The notes: generated from the sequence alone by a model not told the origin. Numbered from the stretch's first letter, positions 9,553-19,719 are shown. The stretch is 35,626 bases of DNA from an uncultured Gammaproteobacteria bacterium (GCA_964432085.1 CAYSME010000003.1:1-35626), one strand, 5' to 3'. Made by a program: numbers and translations.

Positions 9553-9572
9553 CGGTCCGAAATTTCGGACAG
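9553..9572. repeat. Hairpin repeat CGGTCCGAAATTTCGGACAG in the gyrB 5' region
   Basis: 16-nt perfect palindrome. The second copy at 26804..26823 matches at 19 of 20 positions. Confidence 0.6.
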
Positions 9573-9589
9573 AGGGATTAAAAAAAACT

Positions 9590-11533
9590 ATGTCTCCGAC
9601 AAAACAAGAATATAATGCTGACCAAATAGTCGTTTTAGAAGGTTTAGAGCCAGTCCGAAAAAGACCAGCCATGTATATTGGATCCACCGATAGTAGGGGA
9701 TTACACCATTGTTTAACCGAAATTATCGATAATTCCATCGACGAAGCCTTAGCTGGCTTTGCCAAAAATATATGGATTGTCATCCATCAAGACAACTCTG
9801 TTAGTGTGGCCGATGATGGTCGTGGTATCCCCATCGACATCATGCCTAAATACAAAAAACCAGCCGTCGAAGTTATTATGACCACTCTCCATTCTGGTGG
9901 TAAATTTGAAGGTGCCGCCTATAAAGTTTCCGGTGGTCTTCACGGTGTCGGAGCTGCTTGTGTCAGTGCTCTTTCCAAGCTTTATCAAATCGAAATTCGT
10001 CGCGACGATAAAATCAATTATATTGATTTTTCAAAAGGTGCCGTCAAAACTAAACTTACAGAAATACCCGAAACTAAAATTGAAAAACTAAAAAAAATAA
10101 TTCCTAAAAAAATTACTGGCACCACCGTAACCTTCTATCCTGATCCCGAAATTTTCAAAGAAACAACCGAATTTGACGACAAGATAATTATCAAATCAAT
10201 CAAAGATCGTGCCTATCTTACCTCAAAAATATTTTTTCATTTTTATGACGAACGAACCAATACTCAACATCACTACTATTTCGAAGGAGGAATTATATCT
10301 CTCATTCGTGAATTAAATAAAAATAAAAATGTCGCCCATGAGCCTATTTATCTTCAACGAGAAGAAGAAGGAATTAATGTTGAAGTTGCTATTCAATATA
10401 ATGATTCTTTCCAAGAAAACACACCATCATTTGTCAACATCATCAACACTCACGAAGGTGGAACTCATTTAACTGGTTTTAAAACTGCTTTAACTAAAGT
10501 TGTTCGTGACTATGCCACTAAAAAAGAAATGTTAAAAGCCAAAGACGACACTATTACTGGTGATGATGTTAAAGAAGGACTTACTGCCGTTGTTTCCATT
10601 AAAATGGGATCAAAAGATCTCCAATTTGAAGGTCAAACCAAAGGAAAATTAGGTAACAGTGAAGTTCAACCAATTGTTAATAAAATAGTTCGAGAAGAAT
10701 TAGAAATTTATTTTGAAGAACATCCCGATGTTGCTAAAGTTATTGTCGGTAAAGCTTTATTGACTATTCAAATTAGAAAAGCCGCTAAAGCCGCCCGAGA
10801 TGTCATTATGCGCAAAGGTGCTTTTGAATCACTAGGTCTTCCCGGAAAATTAGCCGATTGTCAATCTAAAGATCCAACCGAAAGTGAAATTTATATCGTT
10901 GAGGGAGATTCCGCCGGCGGTTCTGCCAAGCAGGGCAGAGATCGTAAATTCCAAGCCATTCTTCCTCTTTGGGGAAAAGCTCTAAACACCGAAGGTATGA
11001 GGCTTGATAAAGTTGTTGGCTCTGACAAATTAAAAGATTTAATTGTTGCCTTAGGTATGGGAATTGGCGACACTATGAATTTTGACAAACTTCGCTACCA
11101 CCGAATTATTTTAATGTCTGATGCCGACGTCGATGGTGCTCATATCGCCACCCTTTTGTTAACTTTTATGTATCGTCATTTGCCCAATCTTATCGAAAAT
11201 GGTTATGTTTATATTGCCATGCCTCCGCTTTTTAAAACCAAACAAGGCAAAATTGTCCACTACACCTACACCGAAGAAGAACAAGAAAAATATCTTAAAA
11301 CTATTGATACTTCAAAACCTTATGATGTCCAACGTTATAAAGGTTTAGGAGAAATGAATCCTCAACAACTTTGGGAAACCACCATGAATCCTGAAACCCG
11401 TATTCTTAAAAAAGTTACCGTTTCTGACGCTGTCAAAGCCGATGAGGTTTTTAGAATTCTTATGAGTGAAGATGTTCCACCCAGGAAAAAATTTATTCAA
11501 ACCCACGCTCATTTAGCAAGATTAGACATTTAA
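9590..11533 (+). CDS. gyrB: DNA gyrase subunit B
   Basis: Full-length match to GyrB hallmarks: GLEPVRKRPAMYIGS, GGLHGVGA, EGDSAGGSAKQGRDR, DADVDGAHI. Confidence 0.97.
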   Translation: MSPTKQEYNADQIVVLEGLEPVRKRPAMYIGSTDSRGLHHCLTEIIDNSIDEALAGFAKNIWIVIHQDNSVSVADDGRGIPIDIMPKYKKPAVEVIMTTLHSGGKFEGAAYKVSGGLHGVGAACVSALSKLYQIEIRRDDKINYIDFSKGAVKTKLTEIPETKIEKLKKIIPKKITGTTVTFYPDPEIFKETTEFDDKIIIKSIKDRAYLTSKIFFHFYDERTNTQHHYYFEGGIISLIRELNKNKNVAHEPIYLQREEEGINVEVAIQYNDSFQENTPSFVNIINTHEGGTHLTGFKTALTKVVRDYATKKEMLKAKDDTITGDDVKEGLTAVVSIKMGSKDLQFEGQTKGKLGNSEVQPIVNKIVREELEIYFEEHPDVAKVIVGKALLTIQIRKAAKAARDVIMRKGAFESLGLPGKLADCQSKDPTESEIYIVEGDSAGGSAKQGRDRKFQAILPLWGKALNTEGMRLDKVVGSDKLKDLIVALGMGIGDTMNFDKLRYHRIILMSDADVDGAHIATLLLTFMYRHLPNLIENGYVYIAMPPLFKTKQGKIVHYTYTEEEQEKYLKTIDTSKPYDVQRYKGLGEMNPQQLWETTMNPETRILKKVTVSDAVKADEVFRILMSEDVPPRKKFIQTHAHLARLDI

Positions 11534-11539
11534 TTTAAA

Positions 11540-14185
11540 ATGACAGACGATAAAAAAATAATTGATATTCAAAAAAATAATATTGGCAAACTCCTCGAAG
11601 TTGACATAGTTCCCGAAATGGAAACCTCATATCTAGACTATGCCATGTCTGTCATCGTTTCTAGAGCCTTACCCGATGTCAGAGATGGTCTTAAACCAGT
11701 CCATCGCCGAATAATTTATGGCATGGATAAAATGGGCCTTGGAAGTGGTGGAAAAACCTGTAAATCGGCCAAAGTTGTTGGTGACGTTTTAGGTAAATAT
11801 CATCCCCACGGTGACATGTCTGTTTATGGTGCTCTTGTTCGTCTAGCTCAAGATTTTTCTATGCGCTACACCTTGATCAAAGGTCAAGGAAATTTCGGTT
11901 CCATTGATGGCGACCCTCCGGCCGCTATGCGTTACACCGAAGTTAAAATGGACAAAATAACTACTGAAATTATGGCTGATATCAACAAAGAAACTGTTGA
12001 TATGGTTGATAATTTTGATGCCACTGAAAAAGAACCTTCGGTTCTTCCAACCAAAATTCCAACTTTACTATTAAATGGAGCCGATGGTATTGCCGTCGGT
12101 ATGGCCACTCGCATCCCTCCTCATAATTTGAAAGAAATTTGTCAGGCTATTGATTTTATTTTAGATCACAGCCGATTAGAAAAAATAAATTCAGAAGATG
12201 AATTAAATAATCTTTTAGCCGCACCTAAAAATACTCAAGAGATGGTTTTAAGACCAGCTTTTGAATTAGCCAAAGAACATTTTAATTTCGAAACCACTGC
12301 CAACGTTGAAGATTTAATAAAATTTGTTCAAGGACCAGATTTTCCCACTGCTTCAGAAATTTATGGCAAAAGTGGAATTATTGAGATGTACACCACTGGT
12401 CGAGGCAAATTTATCGTTCGAGGTAAAACCAGCATAGAAGAAACTAAGTCTGGAAAAGTCAGAATTATTATTACTGAACTTCCATACCAAGTTAACAAAG
12501 CTGAATTAGTTAAAAAAATTGCCGATTTGGTTCGCGATAAAAAAATTATTGGCATTTCCGATCTGCGTGATGAATCTGATCGTCATGGTATCCGAGTTGT
12601 TGTTGAAATTAAAAAAATTGGCAAACCTAAATCTGTCTTAAATAAACTTTTTAAATACACCGCTCTTCAATCATCATATTCTGCCAATATGTTGGCTTTA
12701 GTTGATAATGTCCCTCAAACTTTAAACTTACGCCAAATGTTGCTTCTTTTCTTGCGCCATCGAGAAAATGTCGTCCGTCGCCGAACTATTTTTGACTTAA
12801 AAGGTGATTTAATGCGAGCTCATATTTTAGAAGGTCTTAAAAAAGCTCTTGATGTTATCGACGAAGTTATTAAAACCATTCGCGGCACCAAGCCAGATGA
12901 AGATCCAAAGCTTAAATTAATGGAAAAATTCGGTTTCACTGATCTTCAAGCTCAAGCCATTTTAGAAATGCAGCTTAAAAAACTTTCCGGATTGGAAAGA
13001 CAAAAGCTTGATGAAGAATATAACGAAATTGAAAAAGCCATTGCTTACTTAACCAGTATTATCACCAAACCAGAAGTTATGGTTCAAGTTCTTAAACAAG
13101 AAAATAAAGAAATTATGGAAAAATACGGTGATGCCCGAAAAACTAAAATTTATGCCCGAGGACTAGAAGAATTTAGCGAAGAAGACCTAATTCCCAACGA
13201 AGAAGTTTTAGTCGCTTTAACCAAAACTGGTTATATTAAAAGAGTTGCTAAAGAAACTTACCACACCCAAAAACGCGGTGGTGTTGGTGTTGTCGGTATG
13301 ACCACCAAAAGTGAAGATGAAATTGAATGTATGCTTTCCGTCGATACTCATGATGATCTTTTATTTTTCACCAACCGTGGTCGAGTGTTCAGAACCAAAG
13401 TTTGGGATGTTCAGGAAGGCAATCGTCAAGCCAAAGGCCAGGCTGTTGTTAATTTAATTAACATTACTCAAGGTGAAATTGTTCAGACAATTTTACCTAT
13501 CAGCAAAAACACTAAAGCTAAATTTATCTTGCTCGCCACCAAAAATGGTGTTGTCAAGAAAACTTCTATCGATAAATTTAAAAATATTCGTCAAACCGGT
13601 CTGGCTTCCATTAAACTTGACCCTAACGATCAGCTTATTTGGGCTAAATTAACTGAAGGTGATAATCAAATATTTTTAGTTACCGCCAATGGTAAATGTA
13701 TTCGCTTTGACGAAAAAGATTGTCGACCCATGGGGCGTCAAACCAGAGGGGTTCGAGGCATTCTTTTAAAAGAAGGCGATGTTTTAGTTGGTATGGATGT
13801 TGTTCCCAGCGGTCTTGATAAAAAAGAAAAAGGCACCTTCAGACATTTTCTAGTAGTTACTGAAAACGGCGTTGGTAAACGAACCGATGTTTATCTATAT
13901 CCTTCTCAAAAAAGAGGCGGTATTGGCATTAAAGTTGCTAACCTTAGTACTAAAACTGGTAAAATTGCTACCGCTCAAGTTGTTTCCGAAATTAATGATC
14001 AAGTTGTGTTAGTTTCTAAAAAAGCTATTACCATTAAACTGCCTTTAAAAAATATCCCAACGTTAAGTCGTAATACCAAAGGTGTAATCCTGATGCGTTT
14101 CAAATCCACTGATGATAAAGTCAACGCCATGACCATTATCGACAAAAATAATTCAATTGAAGAGGAAAAAGACAAAATTAAATAA
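11540..14185 (+). CDS. gyrA: DNA gyrase subunit A
   Basis: [27 protein letters not shown], active-site AAMRYTE, and C-terminal beta-pinwheel repeats. Confidence 0.97.
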   Translation: MTDDKKIIDIQKNNIGKLLEVDIVPEMETSYLDYAMSVIVSRALPDVRDGLKPVHRRIIYGMDKMGLGSGGKTCKSAKVVGDVLGKYHPHGDMSVYGALVRLAQDFSMRYTLIKGQGNFGSIDGDPPAAMRYTEVKMDKITTEIMADINKETVDMVDNFDATEKEPSVLPTKIPTLLLNGADGIAVGMATRIPPHNLKEICQAIDFILDHSRLEKINSEDELNNLLAAPKNTQEMVLRPAFELAKEHFNFETTANVEDLIKFVQGPDFPTASEIYGKSGIIEMYTTGRGKFIVRGKTSIEETKSGKVRIIITELPYQVNKAELVKKIADLVRDKKIIGISDLRDESDRHGIRVVVEIKKIGKPKSVLNKLFKYTALQSSYSANMLALVDNVPQTLNLRQMLLLFLRHRENVVRRRTIFDLKGDLMRAHILEGLKKALDVIDEVIKTIRGTKPDEDPKLKLMEKFGFTDLQAQAILEMQLKKLSGLERQKLDEEYNEIEKAIAYLTSIITKPEVMVQVLKQENKEIMEKYGDARKTKIYARGLEEFSEEDLIPNEEVLVALTKTGYIKRVAKETYHTQKRGGVGVVGMTTKSEDEIECMLSVDTHDDLLFFTNRGRVFRTKVWDVQEGNRQAKGQAVVNLINITQGEIVQTILPISKNTKAKFILLATKNGVVKKTSIDKFKNIRQTGLASIKLDPNDQLIWAKLTEGDNQIFLVTANGKCIRFDEKDCRPMGRQTRGVRGILLKEGDVLVGMDVVPSGLDKKEKGTFRHFLVVTENGVGKRTDVYLYPSQKRGGIGIKVANLSTKTGKIATAQVVSEINDQVVLVSKKAITIKLPLKNIPTLSRNTKGVILMRFKSTDDKVNAMTIIDKNNSIEEEKDKIK

Positions 14186-14200
14186 AATAAATTCGTTTTA

Positions 14201-14232
14201 ATATAAGGGCGAGGCATGCCTCGCCCTTATAT
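14201..14232. terminator. 32-nt perfect palindrome ATATAAGGGCGAGGCA/TGCCTCGCCCTTATAT followed by a T-run. It is a REP-like hairpin acting as the gyrA terminator.
   Basis: Read directly. It starts 16 nt after the gyrA stop. Confidence 0.6.
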
Positions 14233-14437
14233 TTTTCCATTACTATAGGGTGTACATATTGGGTAAGCATAAATTAGCAAAGCAATAATTTGAGTGCTAA
14301 CCTACTACATATTTTTAGTTTTACCGTAAATTAGGGACAAATTCACTAACACTAAAAAATAAATTTAGCAAATCAGTGCAGGGGAGTCATTTTAGGTAAT
14401 TTATCGAAAATATAGGGTATAACTTATTTTTTTATCT

Positions 14438-14462
14438 GTAGGGGCGAGGCATGCCTCGCCCC
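14438..14462 (+). repeat. REP-like hairpin GTAG-GGGCGAGGCATGCCTCGCCCC
   Basis: Its 20-nt core (GGGCGAGGCATGCCTCGCCC) is identical to the core of the hairpin at 14201..14232, here extended to a 22-nt palindrome (14441..14462) and preceded by GTAG. Confidence 0.6.
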
Positions 14463-14599
14463 ATTTGAATTATTAATAATTTAATAAAAACACTTTGTAA
14501 AAATATCCATATATTTTAATAAAAAATCAACAGGGGAGTTTTTCAAACTTTTTTAAATCCATCAAATAAAAACTAAAGTTCCCTGTCAAAGAGTCTTAA

Positions 14600-15535
14600 T
14601 CACTTATTTCCTGAATGAAACTTTTCATGAATCTCTCTAAGTCTGGCATCAGTCACATGAGTATAAATTTGTGTAGTCGCAATATTTTTATGACCTAAAA
14701 GTTCCTGGACCGATCTTAAATCAGCCCCAGACCGCAATAAATCTGTGGCCATTGAATGCCTTAAAGTATGAGGAGTAGCATCCACTGGTAAATTAGCTGT
14801 CTTCACATAATGTTTAACCAATCTTTGCACTGATCTTGCTGTTAATCTAGTTTTTTCATCACTAGACGGAATTTCATTCGGTCTTAAGTCTCGAATAAAC
14901 AGAGGTTTATAATGATCTTCTCGACTCATTAAATATTTTGCGACATGATCAGCCGCTTGCTTGGATATAAAAACCACCCTGGCTCTTCCACCTTTTCCAA
15001 TCACTCCAAACTCCCTGGTTTTTAAATTAATTTGATCACGATTAAGCCTGACCAATTCAGAAACACGCAATCCGGTTGAAAATAAAAGTTCCAAAATTGC
15101 CCGATCCCTAAAACCATTTTTACTAGAGGGGAGTGGTTGCACCAAAAGTCTCTCCATTTGTTGGGTATCCAAAAATTTTAAAGAATGATCCTTGACTTTA
15201 GGCACATCTAATTTTTCCGGTTGTAAAACTTTGTAATCATTCTTAATTAGCCATTTTAAAAACGATCTTAAGGCAATCACATAATACCCTTGTGTTACCA
15301 ATTTCATCTCTCCGGCACTTCCCTTCTGTCTGGCCAAATAAAGTCTAAATCTTCTCACCATATCTGCAGTTATATCTTGAACCGTGCTTCTCTTATTTTT
15401 ATCTCCTTCAGATAAAAATTCTGTCAAAACTTTTAGATAATGTTGATAATTTCTAATTGTTAACCTTGAACAGTTTTTTTCAATCTCTAAATGTTCTAAA
15501 AATCTTTTGATTAAAACACTCAAATCATTTTCCAT
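14600..15535 (-). CDS. Site-specific tyrosine recombinase, XerC/XerD type
   Basis: N-terminal SAM-like core-binding domain (FLEHLEIEKNCSRLTIRNYQHYL). Catalytic motifs GLRVSELVRL, HTLRHSMAT, LLGHKNIATTQIYTH. Confidence 0.9.
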   Translation of the reverse strand: MENDLSVLIKRFLEHLEIEKNCSRLTIRNYQHYLKVLTEFLSEGDKNKRSTVQDITADMVRRFRLYLARQKGSAGEMKLVTQGYYVIALRSFLKWLIKNDYKVLQPEKLDVPKVKDHSLKFLDTQQMERLLVQPLPSSKNGFRDRAILELLFSTGLRVSELVRLNRDQINLKTREFGVIGKGGRARVVFISKQAADHVAKYLMSREDHYKPLFIRDLRPNEIPSSDEKTRLTARSVQRLVKHYVKTANLPVDATPHTLRHSMATDLLRSGADLRSVQELLGHKNIATTQIYTHVTDARLREIHEKFHSGNK

Positions 15536-16430
15536 AAACTATCTTACCACTTTAACCAGTTTTCATCGACATATCCAAATAATTTAATTAATTAACAGGT
15601 AATAATAATCGGAAAAATAATAATCTTCATTTCTAGAGGCTCTAGTGACGTTTTAGGTTCATTTTGCCTAACTTTAGGCATAATTATTAAACTCACCTCC
15701 TTAAAACCAGTACAGGGGAGTCAATCATAAAAATTTCAGGCCAATTAACTTTTAAAAGGCTAATCAACCAAATAGGGAATTAATTAATAAATTAAGTATT
15801 TATTAAAACTAAAAATAGATAAGTTTGAAAATTGAAAATTATAAATTGAAAATTAAATTGACAAAACCGGTACTCCCCCTGCCTAAATCTTTAGATAGAG
15901 TCGCAAAAGATACATTGTGCGACATAGCAAATTTAGTCACCCACTGCTAGGAGATAGGAATTAAAACTCTTCTCTCTTCCTTGGTTATTTTCAACCAATT
16001 ATTAATTCTTATTTATTAATTAACCAATTAATTGCTATTACTCCTCCCTCTTGAGGCCTCCTCTTTGATACATTCGGTAAAAAATGAGTTTTCCACACAG
16101 ACTATATCACACTATATCACCCTCCCCGTGAAAACTATAGGATATTTCGTGAAAATATTATAGGATGTTGTATATTATAGGACTCCCCTCCACCCTGCCC
16201 ACTTAGCTTCAAAAATTAAAAATTATTAAACGTTTTATTAAATTTATTTTATTTTGAACCTAAACCAGTCTTTTTTTTAGAAAATTGGAATTTGAAAATT
16301 GATCATTACTCATAAATATATTTCTTCTATCCTCCCCTGTTTAAAATTTAAAAAAAATAACAATTTTAATGGAAAGATTGGGAATATTTATATATTAAAT
16401 CTCATTCCTGTTTTATTAACTCATTTTTAA

Positions 16431-16436
16431 TATAAT
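16431..16436 (+). promoter_or_regulatory. -10 box TATAAT 6 nt upstream of the pta ATG (probable leaderless transcript)
   Basis: TAATATAATagttccATG with no Shine-Dalgarno. The same architecture recurs at many first genes in this window. Confidence 0.45.
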
Positions 16437-16442
16437 AGTTCC

Positions 16443-17363
16443 ATGAGTCCAATTGTTGAAAATATCTATCGTCAAGCCAAATTAAACCATAAAAAAATAG
16501 TTCTCCCAGAAATCCAAGATTCTAGAGTCAAACAAGCCATTAAAATAATAAAAGATCAAAAAATTGCCGATCTTATAACCGAATTGCCATATTCCCAATA
16601 TCAAAACCAATTTTCTCAAACTCTGTTTGAACTTAGAAAAGACAAAGGTATGACCCTAGATCAGGCCCAAAAACTAATCAAAAATCCACTTTATTTTGGC
16701 ACCATGATGGTTTATTCTGGTCTGGCCGATGGTATGGTTGCCGGTGCCAACAATTCAACTTCCGATACCATCCGCCCTGCTCTTCAAATTATTAAAACTA
16801 AACCATCAGAAAAAATTGCCTCTAGTTTTTTTATTATCGAAGTTCCCGACAAAAATTTTGGTGAAAATGGAACTTTTATTTTTGCCGATTGCGGTCTTAA
16901 CATTGACCCTGACAGTGAAACTTTATCTCAAATTGCTATCCAATCTTCTAGATCATTTAAACAACTCATAGGTGGTACACCTAAAATTGCTATGCTTTCA
17001 TATTCCACTTCTAATAGTGCCTCTGGCCCATCAGTTGAAAAAATCAAAAAAGCCATAGAATTAGTTCACCAACACGACCCAACAATAATTATTGACGGCG
17101 AAATGCAAGCCGATGCCGCTCTGGTCCCTTCAATATCCGAAAACAAATATCCCAAAAATAAAATTCAAGGACAAGCTAATATTTTAATATTTCCTGATCT
17201 TAATTCAGGCAACATCGCCTATAAATTAGTCGAAAGACTGGCTAAAGCTAAAGCTTTCGGACCTCTAATCCAGGGGTTAAACAAACCAATTAATGATCTC
17301 TCTCGAGGCTGTAGTGTTGAAGACATTGTCACCACCGTCGCTATTACTTCAATTCAAAATTAA
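16443..17363 (+). CDS. pta: Phosphate acetyltransferase (short PTA_PTB form)
   Basis: IVLPEIQDSRV ... GMVAGANNSTSDTIRPALQII ... FADCGLN ... GEMQADAAL ... ILIFPDLNSGNIAYKL ... GPLIQGLNKPINDLSRG. Confidence 0.85.
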   Translation: MSPIVENIYRQAKLNHKKIVLPEIQDSRVKQAIKIIKDQKIADLITELPYSQYQNQFSQTLFELRKDKGMTLDQAQKLIKNPLYFGTMMVYSGLADGMVAGANNSTSDTIRPALQIIKTKPSEKIASSFFIIEVPDKNFGENGTFIFADCGLNIDPDSETLSQIAIQSSRSFKQLIGGTPKIAMLSYSTSNSASGPSVEKIKKAIELVHQHDPTIIIDGEMQADAALVPSISENKYPKNKIQGQANILIFPDLNSGNIAYKLVERLAKAKAFGPLIQGLNKPINDLSRGCSVEDIVTTVAITSIQN

Positions 17364-18148
17364 TTTCCAGCCACTCCTGTTAATATCATTCCTAAAACAG
17401 TTGCCACTCCCACCCAAACAAAAACCAGCCAAGTTTTTTTGAATAATCTTTCCCTTAAATCTGCCTGTATCAAACCGCTTATTATATAAACCATCATCAC
17501 CAAATAAATTGACCCTTTAAAAATACCCACCGGTAAAAAACTTATTACCAAAGATATTTCTGAAATTAACAATGCTGGTACCATAACATAAAACCAAACA
17601 TTCTTATCTTTTCCGTCATCCGGTAATTCTATTGTTACACTAAAAAAGATATACATAAAAATTATCATCGATACCACAAAAACTAAAAGCATATTCAACC
17701 AATAAGCTAATTTAAATGAAAATAAACTGTCAAACAAGAAAAAAGAAGTTAATAATAATAAAATCAATCCCACTGTATAAGCAGAACGGTATAATGGTGG
17801 AGTTCTAAAACCAATTGCCACCAAAAAAACATTCTCCACTAAAAACATCGCATAACTGATAATCCCAAAAAACAAACTATATATTAAAGTTAATAAAAAA
17901 TTCTGAGGCAATAAAATCGCAAACAAAGCAAACCCAACAAAGAAAGCCACTGGCATCACCACCGACATTAAGCGAATATAAATACTTTTTTCAAACACAA
18001 TCCCCAACCCAAACCAAAAACAAAAAATCACTAAAACCATTCCCACTAATAATCCATAATAATGGGACTCATAAGGTAAACTCAGAAAAAAATAAAAACC
18101 TACAGCTGCTAATAAAGATGAAATAAAATATTTAAATCTTTTCGACAT
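17360..18148 (-). CDS. Polytopic integral membrane protein, unknown function
   Basis: About 8 hydrophobic segments. The start is placed at the internal ATG (MSKRFKYF), which avoids a 32-nt overlap with yebC. The ORF-track start is 18187. Confidence 0.5.
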   Translation of the reverse strand: MSKRFKYFISSLLAAVGFYFFLSLPYESHYYGLLVGMVLVIFCFWFGLGIVFEKSIYIRLMSVVMPVAFFVGFALFAILLPQNFLLTLIYSLFFGIISYAMFLVENVFLVAIGFRTPPLYRSAYTVGLILLLLTSFFLFDSLFSFKLAYWLNMLLVFVVSMIIFMYIFFSVTIELPDDGKDKNVWFYVMVPALLISEISLVISFLPVGIFKGSIYLVMMVYIISGLIQADLRERLFKKTWLVFVWVGVATVLGMILTGVAGN

Positions 18149-18155
18149 TATCCAA

Positions 18156-18872
18156 TTATACCTTTTTTTTATAATCAAATCCCGCAAAAACGTTCACCAC
18201 ATCGTCATTTTCTTCCAATTCTTCAATCATATCCACCACTTTCCCAACTTCATCTTCAGAATTAAGCATAATTGGATTATCTGCCCTCATCGACAATTCT
18301 GACTTCTCGATTTTTAACCCCATTTCTTCAATTTTATTTTTCAAATTATTTAAATCTTCTGGTTCAGTCAAAATTATATTTTCCTCAAAATCAGTTGCCC
18401 CAAAATCAATTAATTCTAATTGTTTATCTTCAGAAATCTCATTCTCCAACTCTATCTCCCCTACCTTTTTAAATTGAAACATCACCGAATTACTTTCACC
18501 TAAATTTCCACCATAATTTCTAAAAATCAGTTTAATTTCACTTAAAATTCTATTTTTATTATCCGTTTCGGCTTCCACCACCATAGGCACTCCAAAAGGC
18601 CCATACCCTTCCAAGGTCATTGCCACTAAATTTGCCTTTCTTTCCTCAAATCTAGAAATTAACCTATCAATATTTTCTTTAGGCATATTAACAGATTTTG
18701 CCTTATCTATGGCTACTCTCAATGCCATATTACCTTCAATATTAGTATTACCACCACCTACTCTAATGGCTGTCAAAATATCTTTTGAAATTTTAGTAAA
18801 AGCAGTACTTCTTTTTTTATCCTGGGCCCCTTTTCTGTTTTTAATATTTGCCCATTTAGAATGACCTGACAT
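18156..18872 (-). CDS. yebC: YebC/PmpR-family DNA-binding regulator
   Basis: MSGHSKWANIKNRKGAQDKKRS is the diagnostic N-terminus, and the length is that of a full family member. Confidence 0.9.
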   Translation of the reverse strand: MSGHSKWANIKNRKGAQDKKRSTAFTKISKDILTAIRVGGGNTNIEGNMALRVAIDKAKSVNMPKENIDRLISRFEERKANLVAMTLEGYGPFGVPMVVEAETDNKNRILSEIKLIFRNYGGNLGESNSVMFQFKKVGEIELENEISEDKQLELIDFGATDFEENIILTEPEDLNNLKNKIEEMGLKIEKSELSMRADNPIMLNSEDEVGKVVDMIEELEENDDVVNVFAGFDYKKKV

Positions 18873-19719
18873 AAGTACTATATTGTATCATTGATGTAAA
18901 ATCATCTCCAAAATACAACTCTATCTCATTTTCATTTAAAGTCTGATCATATTTTTTATCACAATCAAAAATTTTATTAATCATTTTCCAACCATAATTA
19001 GCCTCAACCTTATCTCCATAAACCATCAAGCATCTATCTATTTTTTCATCACTATTATCAGTTGAAACCACCGAAAAACCCGACCACTCCAGTTTTTCTG
19101 TCATAAAATTAGCCAAACCGCTTTCACTGGTGTTATTAAAAATCGATAGTCTTAATTCTTCGTTATTTAACCTACTTTCCGAAAAATCCCTTACCATAAT
19201 CTCATCTAAAAATAACTTATCTTCTTGTATTGATCCATTTATTTGCTCATTTTTTAAAAACATTTTATCGTAATTTATTTTATATTTAAGCCACTTTCCA
19301 AAACCCAAATTATTAATCAAAATCGAATCTCCTCTCCAATCATCAACCGAATCTAAAAACAAAACTTTATCAACTAAAAAACCGAAATTATACCAAAAAA
19401 TATCATTTGCCAACTCAACTTTTTTTTCCTTGACTAAAATATCTTTAACTTTGGTATGGTTATACCAAGATGTCCCCTGTGGAATCCAAACATCCACCTC
19501 TGTTCCCAAATTTAACACATTAATCATCTTTCTCTCATTTGAAATCGACACCAAAGACAATCCATCATTTGCCACTATCCCCAACTTATAATCTAAATTT
19601 TCGTTTCTATCCTTTTTTTTAAAAAACCCAATCAAAACCAAAACCATTAATCCCAACAATAAAATCATTCCCAAAAAAATTTTAAAATTTATTTTTTTCT
19701 CCTTTTTAATATTCCTCAT
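18856..19719 (-). CDS. Membrane-anchored protein with a LytR_C-like C-terminal domain
   Basis: N-terminal TM. The C-terminal LRLSIFNNTSESGLANFMTEKLEWSGFSVVSTDN pattern is typical of LytR_C. Confidence 0.55.
   Translation of the reverse strand: MRNIKKEKKINFKIFLGMILLLGLMVLVLIGFFKKKDRNENLDYKLGIVANDGLSLVSISNERKMINVLNLGTEVDVWIPQGTSWYNHTKVKDILVKEKKVELANDIFWYNFGFLVDKVLFLDSVDDWRGDSILINNLGFGKWLKYKINYDKMFLKNEQINGSIQEDKLFLDEIMVRDFSESRLNNEELRLSIFNNTSESGLANFMTEKLEWSGFSVVSTDNSDEKIDRCLMVYGDKVEANYGWKMINKIFDCDKKYDQTLNENEIELYFGDDFTSMIQYSTYVRSF

Noticed and set aside
9520-12555. Track ORFs inside gyrB/gyrA that lie antisense or in another reading frame (9520..9783, 9749..9988, 9897..10091, 10891..11088, 11932..12114, 12361..12555, and also 13999..14217)
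   Set aside because: They lie entirely or largely within strongly conserved genes. They have low-complexity, hydrophobic or odd composition and no motifs, which is typical of shadow ORFs.
15592-15681. 29-codon minus-strand mini-ORF (MPKVRQNEPKTSLEPLEMKIIIFPIIITC) preceded by a perfect AAGGAGGTGA
   Set aside because: The SD-to-ATG spacing is about 15 nt, which is long. The peptide has no features and the ORF is very short, so it cannot be supported without conservation or ribosome profiling. The plus-strand CACCTCCTTA looks like the 16S rRNA 3' end, but no other rRNA sequence surrounds it.
16158-16190. dif-like Xer site (TGTATATTAT resembles the centre and right part of E. coli dif)
   Set aside because: The flanking arms (TTATAGGAT / TTATAGGAC) are direct repeats, not inverted repeats, so the 11-6-11 dif architecture is not met.
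15536-16442. Chromosomal replication origin (oriC) in the long AT-rich spacer near gyrBA
   Set aside because: There is only one good DnaA-box-like 9-mer (16089..16097) and dnaA/dnaN are not present. Gene orientation around the spacer is convergent rather than divergent. A claim would need whole-genome GC skew.
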